Origin: an uncultured Actinomycetota bacterium
Lineage (GTDB): Bacteria > Actinomycetota > UBA4738 > HRBIN12
DNA length: 64,000 nt
Reading direction: 5' to 3'
Assembly (NCBI GenBank): GCA_963702405.1
Contig: CAVPCM010000008.1
Span: 132,849-196,848 of the forward strand
In this document: in pieces, positions 58,674-64,000 of the stretch
Layout of the letters: the number at the start of each line of letters is the position of its first letter
How positions within the stretch are numbered: position 1 is the stretch's first letter
The notes under the pieces: generated by a model
Told to the model about the DNA's origin: nothing
What the model saw: the letters and a program-made list of their open reading frames with translations, nothing else
Database searches by the model: none
Translations under genes and position numbers: made by a program

Positions 58674-60059
58674 ATGAGCGAAGAGACCTCGGCGCACGCG
58701 CTCGGTCGCCTCGCGCGAGCGCTCATCGGGACCACCGCGACGATCGCTCTCCTGGTCGGAGCGTTCTCCGCGTACGCGATGGTCTCCTATCTCGACGCGA
58801 GCGGAACCGGCGATGTGATCCTTTCGGACGATCCTCAGGAGGTCGCCGTCGGTCCGTGCGTCGATGACGTCTGCAACTACCTGCTGCTCGGCAGCGACTC
58901 GCGGAGGGGACTCACCCCCGAGGAGCAGCAGGCGTTCGGGACCGACGAGAACAACGGCGGCGTCTTCCGATCGGACACGATCATGCTCGTCCAGCTCGAT
59001 CCCCGCCGGGAGAAGGCGGTCGTCCTGTCCTTCCCTCGGGACCTCTGGGTGCAGATCCCCGGACGGGGCTGGGACAAGATCAACACGTCGTTCGAGGGGG
59101 GCGTCAGCGGGGGAGGCCCGCTCCGGGTCGCGCAGACGATCCACCGTCTCACGGGCCTGAAGGTGAATCACTTCCTCTACGTGGATCTGCTCGGCTTCCA
59201 ACAGGTGGTGGACACGCTCGGGGGGGTGGAGATGTGCATCCCGTTCGACGTGCAGGATCCGCTCTCCCTGCTCGACCTCAAGGCCGGGTGCCAGACCTTG
59301 GACGGCCGGCAGGCGCTCGGGTACGTGCGGACCCGCCACCTCCCGTGCGACGACGCTGCGCCCGACCTGAGCCGGATCGGGCGCCAGCAGCAGTTCCTGC
59401 GCGCCGTGATCAACCAGCTGCTGGCACCACAGCAGATCGTCCGGGCGCCGGGCCTCGTCAAGCCGGTGCTCGCCAGCTTGAAGCGTGACGACGACCTGGC
59501 GATCGCCGACCTCGCGTACCTGGTCGGACGTCTCCGAGGACTCTCCACCGGTGCTGTCGAGTTCCGGGCGGTCCCCGCCGTCCCGGGCATGGTCCAGCCA
59601 CCCGGGTTCACCACCGAGATCTCGGTCCTCCACCCCGACCCCTCGGCGGGAGCGATCTTCCGGGCGCTCCGGAACGGCTCCGCGCTCCCGGCCACCGGGA
59701 CCGAGCTGATCAACACGCCGACGTCGCCGGCGAACATCCCCGTCGCGGTTCTCGACGACGGCTCGGGTGACGTCGCCGGCCAGGTCGCGGACATCCTGTC
59801 GACCTCGGGCTTCGACGTGTCGCCGGGGATCATCCCCTTCGAGGGATCCGGGATCCGCGTGGACGGGCCGAGGATCGTCTACACGCGCGGGCACGAGGAG
59901 GAAGCGCAGGTGGTGGCCCAGTATCTGCCCGGGGTCGAGCTCCGCGAGGTGGCGCGATCGTCCGCGCCGTGGGAGGTCGCCCTGATCGCGACCCCCGGGT
60001 ACCGTCCGGATACGCTCGGCGGTGGTGGCTCGGACCCGGAGTGCATCGAGCCGGACTGA
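58674..60059 (+). CDS. LCP-family (LytR-CpsA-Psr) cell-wall glycopolymer phosphotransferase with a LytR_C domain
   Basis: TM; LLLGSDSR...RSDTIMLVQLD...SFPRD core; and a C-terminal LytR_C-like region. Confidence 0.85.
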   Translation: MSEETSAHALGRLARALIGTTATIALLVGAFSAYAMVSYLDASGTGDVILSDDPQEVAVGPCVDDVCNYLLLGSDSRRGLTPEEQQAFGTDENNGGVFRSDTIMLVQLDPRREKAVVLSFPRDLWVQIPGRGWDKINTSFEGGVSGGGPLRVAQTIHRLTGLKVNHFLYVDLLGFQQVVDTLGGVEMCIPFDVQDPLSLLDLKAGCQTLDGRQALGYVRTRHLPCDDAAPDLSRIGRQQQFLRAVINQLLAPQQIVRAPGLVKPVLASLKRDDDLAIADLAYLVGRLRGLSTGAVEFRAVPAVPGMVQPPGFTTEISVLHPDPSAGAIFRALRNGSALPATGTELINTPTSPANIPVAVLDDGSGDVAGQVADILSTSGFDVSPGIIPFEGSGIRVDGPRIVYTRGHEEEAQVVAQYLPGVELREVARSSAPWEVALIATPGYRPDTLGGGGSDPECIEPD

Positions 60060-60099
60060 CGGGCGCCTGCGTCTCCGCGCGACGAACGACCCTCGACCC

Positions 60100-61257
60100 T
60101 CAGGTGCGAGACGAGGCCAGGACCGACCGGTAGACCTCGAGCGTGCGATCGGCGGCCGCGTCCCAGCTGAACCGACGCGCGCGGGTGAGCCCCCGAGCCC
60201 CGAACCCGGCGCGGAGCCTGGGATCCCCGAGGAGACGATCGATCGCCTGGACCCACCCCCTGACGTCTCGAGGGGACACGAGCATGCCGGCGTCGCCCAC
60301 CACCTCGGGCAGGCTCGCGGCGTCCGAACAGACCACGGGGATCCCGCACGCCATCGCCTCGAGCGGAGGCAGGCCGAACCCCTCGAATTCCGACGGGAAG
60401 GCGAACACCTCGGCCGCGTTGAACAGCGCGGGCATGTCCTCGTCCGGAACGTGACCGGCGAAGACGACCTGACCGTCCAGTCCGAGTCCGCGGACCCGTT
60501 CGAAGAAGCGTTCGTAGAGCCAGCCGCGTCCTCCCGCGATGACGAGGCCGACGTCCGGGTGCCGGTCGCGGAGGGACGCGTACGCCTCCACGAGGGTCGC
60601 GTGGTTCTTCCGCGGCTCGATCGTGCCGACCGAGAGGACGAAGCGCTCCGGGAGCCCGAGTCGACGCCGGACATCGGCGACGACCTCTCGCTCGATGTCG
60701 GCTCGGAACCGCGGCTCGACCCCTTCCGGGATCACCTCGATCTTCTCCGGATCGAGCGGGTAGTTCCGCAGCGCGTCACGACGGGTGTGCTCGGAGACGG
60801 CGATGATCCGATCGGCTCGACGGAGGAAGCGGGGCATCATCGTCCGTAGGTAGATCCGGTTCCGCGGCAGGTGATGCTCCGGGAACAGGAGATAGGCGAT
60901 GTCGTGGAGGGTGAAGACGCTGTTCGCTCGAGTGAGCTTCGGGAGCAGGTGCTCGGTCGCGTGGAACAACCCGATGCCGGGGAACACCCGGTCCATGGAA
61001 GGTCCGCCGAAGTAGGAAGCGGCGGCACGCAGCCGCCATCGTCGGCGCGAGAGCCCCGCGGTGCGCGTGGGGAGGTCGCTGAGGGGCGGGCGCAGATCTG
61101 ACTCACGAGGATCGTTGACGAACGCCGTGAGCGCCGCGCCCCGCGCGAGCATCGCCTCCGTCAGCGCGCTCGCATAGCGTCCGAGCCCGGCCCGTTCGTG
61201 AGCAGCCGCCGAAAGGTCGATGCAGTACGAGCCCTCCTCGGGAGCTGGAGACGACAT
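60100..61257 (-). CDS. Glycosyltransferase family 4
   Basis: A GT-B fold with EGFGLPPLEAMACGIPVV. Confidence 0.8.
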   Translation of the reverse strand: MSSPAPEEGSYCIDLSAAAHERAGLGRYASALTEAMLARGAALTAFVNDPRESDLRPPLSDLPTRTAGLSRRRWRLRAAASYFGGPSMDRVFPGIGLFHATEHLLPKLTRANSVFTLHDIAYLLFPEHHLPRNRIYLRTMMPRFLRRADRIIAVSEHTRRDALRNYPLDPEKIEVIPEGVEPRFRADIEREVVADVRRRLGLPERFVLSVGTIEPRKNHATLVEAYASLRDRHPDVGLVIAGGRGWLYERFFERVRGLGLDGQVVFAGHVPDEDMPALFNAAEVFAFPSEFEGFGLPPLEAMACGIPVVCSDAASLPEVVGDAGMLVSPRDVRGWVQAIDRLLGDPRLRAGFGARGLTRARRFSWDAAADRTLEVYRSVLASSRT

Positions 61258-61421
61258 CGGTGGCGGCGATCCTGTCTGTCGGGCGGCAACGGCGGTCACG
61301 TCTCCGCCGCTCGTCGCGAGGAGGATACGAGACGGCTTCCCGGCGTCGTTCTGGCTTCCGTGCAGGAGCGCCCACGTACACTCGCTCGCGTGAGCCGCTC
61401 GTCATCGCCTCCGGCCGCGTC

Positions 61422-62594
61422 GTGCGCGTAGTCATCGATGCCAGGCCCGCGATGCCGCAGGCGCGCACGGGGGTCGGCTCGTACACGTGGCAGCTGATCC
61501 GGCGGCTCCCGCGCGCCGATCCCCACACCACCTTCGTCGCCTGGTACCTCGACGTGCGGGCCGCCCTCCGTCTGGAGCGGAGGGCCGGCGTGTTCGCGGA
61601 CGTCGGGGCGGCGAACCTCGTCGAACGGCGGATGCCGATCCCCTCCAGGTGGTTCGATCGGGTGGCGATGCGGTTCGACGTTCCGAGGATCGAGTGGATG
61701 GTCCGATCCGACGTGGTGTTCGCACCGAACTTCGTGCCACCGCCCACGCGGAGTCGTCGGGTGGTCCTCACGGTGCACGACCTCGCGTTCAAGCGGTTCC
61801 CGGAGACCGCCCCGATGGCCACGCGCCGCTGGCTCGCCCGGCTGGAGTCGTCCCTCCGAACTGCATCGCAGGTGATCGTCGTGTCCGAACAGACGCGGCG
61901 CGACCTGATGGAGTTCTACCCGGGGTCGGCGGCTCGTCTCGTCGAGCGGCTGACGGTTGTTCCGCTCGGGGTCGACACGGAGGGCTTCCGGCCGGTCGGG
62001 GCCGATGCCGTCGACCAGGTGCGGCGCCGCTTCGGGGTTGCGGGGCCCTTCCTCCTCTCGCTCGGGGGGATCGAGCCCCGGAAGAACCTTCCCGCCCTGA
62101 TCCGCGCCTACGCGTCACTCCCGGACGATGTGCGCCCGGCCCTCGTGATCGCGGGTCCCGTCGCTCCGTGGAACCCGGAGGGCTGGAACCTCGTGCGCCC
62201 GGCCCTCGAGGCGCTCCCTCCGGGGGTTCGCGACCGTGTCGTCGTGACCGGGTACGTGTCGGAGGAAGAAAAGGTGGCGCTGCTCGGTGGCGCCGAGGCG
62301 CTCGTGTATCCCTCGCTCTACGAAGGCTTCGGGCTCCCGGTGATCGAGGCGATGGCATGCGGCACGCCCGTCCTCACGTCGAACGTCTCGGCCTTGCCGG
62401 AGACGGCCGGCGATGCGGCGCTCCTCGTGGATCCGCACTCCGTCGAGGGGATCGCCGCGGGCATCGAGCGCCTCCTCACGGACTCGGCCCTCCAGGAACG
62501 ACTGCGGAGCGCGGGCCTCGCTCGGGCCGGGACCTTCAGCTGGGAGGAGACGGCTCGGCGGACGGCGGAGGTCCTGCGGCGGGGGAGCGGCTAG
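61422..62594 (+). CDS. Glycosyltransferase family 4
   Basis: EGFGLPVIEAMACGTPVL. A GTG start; the track ORF starts at 61260. Confidence 0.8.
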   Translation: MRVVIDARPAMPQARTGVGSYTWQLIRRLPRADPHTTFVAWYLDVRAALRLERRAGVFADVGAANLVERRMPIPSRWFDRVAMRFDVPRIEWMVRSDVVFAPNFVPPPTRSRRVVLTVHDLAFKRFPETAPMATRRWLARLESSLRTASQVIVVSEQTRRDLMEFYPGSAARLVERLTVVPLGVDTEGFRPVGADAVDQVRRRFGVAGPFLLSLGGIEPRKNLPALIRAYASLPDDVRPALVIAGPVAPWNPEGWNLVRPALEALPPGVRDRVVVTGYVSEEEKVALLGGAEALVYPSLYEGFGLPVIEAMACGTPVLTSNVSALPETAGDAALLVDPHSVEGIAAGIERLLTDSALQERLRSAGLARAGTFSWEETARRTAEVLRRGSG

Positions 62595-63594
62595 CCGCGA
62601 CGTCGCGCCGTCCCGATCCGCGGACGCGCTGGATCGCGAGGCGCAGCTCGTCGTCGGAGCGCACCACTTCGTCGTCGGGACCGATCTGCTCGACCAGCCC
62701 TCCCACGTCGGTGACGATCGCCGTAGTCCCCAGCGACCGTGCCCGCGCCAGCGCCCCGGAGGACCAGGCGCGGGTGTACGGAAGGAGGAGACGGTCCGCG
62801 GCGCTCACCCAGGCGTCGAAGTCTTCGTCGCTCGGGAACCCCTCGAGGAACGTCACTCCGTCGGTGCGGTCGGCGAGCCCCCGCAGCTCGTTCGCGTACG
62901 CCACGTTCGCCGGGACGGCGTCCCGGACCGATCCGACGATCACGAGACGCCCCGGACCCTCGGATGCGGCGAACGCTCGCACGGCCCGATCGAAGCCCTT
63001 CCACGGATGGAGGAATCCGGCGCACAGGAGGAGTGGCTCGGACGGGTCGAGGCCGAGGTGTCGCCGGGCCGCTCCTCGATCACGGATACCTTCGACGCGG
63101 ACGCCGTCCCGGTGATCCACGATCCGGGCGTCGACCTGCATGCGGTAGTCGCGCTCGAACGCCCGATGCTCCGCGTTCGTGTGGAACAGGAGTCGAGCGC
63201 GCGCGAACGCTTGACGGAGGAGCACGTGGTCTGGACGCCACCGGGTGGGCCGGTGGGCCTCGTGCACGAGGATCTCCGTCTGAGGGTGGCGGCGGACGAG
63301 GGAGAGAAGCCCGAGCGACGTGCGGATCTTCGAGAGAGCGGCGGAAGCTCCCGGCCGGTAGAAGAGGCCCGGCTGGAAGTGGACGACGATGCGATCGAAC
63401 GACGCCCCGCGGCGGGATGCTTCGCGGAACTCCCGTCCGCCGGCGAAGGGGACGCGGACGTCGCCGTCACCATCGGGCGGCGAGATGACGGTGACGGCGT
63501 GGCCGTCCGCTCGGAGCCGGAGGGCCTGCGCATGCGCGTAGGCCCCGATCCCGCAGTGCCGTGGAGGGTAGGAGGAAACGATGGCGATCCGCAT
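62536..63594 (-). CDS. Glycosyltransferase (GT4-like)
   Basis: An N-terminus typical of GT4 (MRIAIVSSYPPRHCGIGAY) and a C-terminal GT-B half. The 3' end overlaps the convergent GT by 59 nt. Confidence 0.7.
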   Translation of the reverse strand: MRIAIVSSYPPRHCGIGAYAHAQALRLRADGHAVTVISPPDGDGDVRVPFAGGREFREASRRGASFDRIVVHFQPGLFYRPGASAALSKIRTSLGLLSLVRRHPQTEILVHEAHRPTRWRPDHVLLRQAFARARLLFHTNAEHRAFERDYRMQVDARIVDHRDGVRVEGIRDRGAARRHLGLDPSEPLLLCAGFLHPWKGFDRAVRAFAASEGPGRLVIVGSVRDAVPANVAYANELRGLADRTDGVTFLEGFPSDEDFDAWVSAADRLLLPYTRAWSSGALARARSLGTTAIVTDVGGLVEQIGPDDEVVRSDDELRLAIQRVRGSGRRDVAASRSPAAGPPPSAEPSPPS

Positions 63595-63652
63595 CGAGCA
63601 TGCAGCTTAGCCGCCGTCTCGGTTGGGCCGGCCGCAGCCGCGGCTCGCGAGG

Positions 63653-64000
63653 TCACCCGGCGCGATCGAGCAGCACCCGGAGCGGGAACACGACGGTGGC
63701 GCGGATCATCCTCGGCAACCGCCGGGGCTCCAGCGCCAACCGCCAGGCCCACTCGAGCCCGAGCTTGCGGAGCGGCCCAGGTGCGCGGCGGAGCTCGTCC
63801 GTCCACATGTCGAACGAGCCGCCGACGCCCATCACGATCCGAGCAGACGGAACGGCGTCGGCATTGCGCGCGATCCATCGTTCCTGCTTCGGTGCGCCGA
63901 ACCCGACGAGGACGATCGCCGGCGAGCCGGCCGCGACCGCACGGGTGAGGTCCGGATCGTCCTCGGCGGGGTCGACAACCCCGTCCTCCGAGATCGCGAT
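63653..64000 (-). CDS. WecB/TagA/CpsF-family glycosyltransferase, C-terminal part (gene continues beyond the window)
   Basis: The translation ...IVLVGFGAPKQERWI...MGVGGSFD...LGLEWAWRLALEPRRL matches the family's conserved C-terminus. Confidence 0.7.
   Translation of the reverse strand: MAISEDGVVDPAEDDPDLTRAVAAGSPAIVLVGFGAPKQERWIARNADAVPSARIVMGVGGSFDMWTDELRRAPGPLRKLGLEWAWRLALEPRRLPRMIRATVVFPLRVLLDRAG

Noticed and set aside
1-64000. Mobile elements, prophage, toxin-antitoxin or defence islands
   Set aside because: I recognise no transposase, integrase, recombinase, phage structural gene or TA pair. No GC or codon-usage discontinuity is visible by eye. The PD-(D/E)XK nuclease is isolated and not flanked by defence genes.

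Overview
The window is a ~70% GC, actinobacterial-type chromosomal segment of core metabolism. I recognise no rRNA, tRNA, CRISPR array, transposase, integrase or obvious defence island.

Gene content in order:
- guaB3-like IMPDH-family gene (5' partial) and guaA.
- A Hanks Ser/Thr kinase convergent with a sortase.
- pcrA/uvrD.
- A DMFase-like / SDR / LipJ-like hydrolase-cyclase block.
- A stand-alone B12-binding mutase subunit with sucC-sucD and a polytopic membrane protein.
- Three hypothetical Zn-ribbon/membrane genes.
- purN-purH, folD-metF.
- Citrate synthase, two isocitrate-dehydrogenase-family paralogues flanking mdh, and sdhCDAB.
- Two SAM-dependent methyltransferases.
- The catalytic subunit of a split B12 acyl-CoA mutase and an F420:NADP reductase.
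- accA divergent from birA, a bPH-SHOCT protein, a VOC protein, an M23 peptidase, hbd, a cupin.
- An accE-like gene and pccB.
- A secreted SLT-like protein, an ArsR-DUF2087 regulator divergent from a Cas4-like PD-(D/E)XK nuclease, and a YqgE/AlgH protein.
- ccr, mce, an XRE regulator divergent from an FtsH-like protease, and a thiolase.
- A 995-aa coiled-coil pseudo-histidine-kinase with a lipoprotein.
- A thioesterase, aconitase, an ECF sigma / anti-sigma pair, and a receiver-degenerate-GGDEF protein.
- A cell-wall glycopolymer cluster (LCP, three GT4 genes, TagA/WecG-like, 3' partial).

Genome-style signals:
- Many GTG starts and 4-nt GTGA/ATGA/TGATG gene junctions.
- A recurring TAGCAT/TAGACT -10-like box 6-10 nt before start codons, consistent with leaderless mRNAs.
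- At least five apparent single-nucleotide frameshifts inside conserved genes (guaB3-like, guaA, kinase tail, sortase, purH), most simply read as consensus errors.

I see no clear-cut undescribed system. The best candidates are the Zn-ribbon/membrane hypothetical cluster between sucD and purN and the coiled-coil pseudo-histidine-kinase/lipoprotein pair. All coordinates follow the supplied ORF track; starts I refined by hand may be off by a codon.
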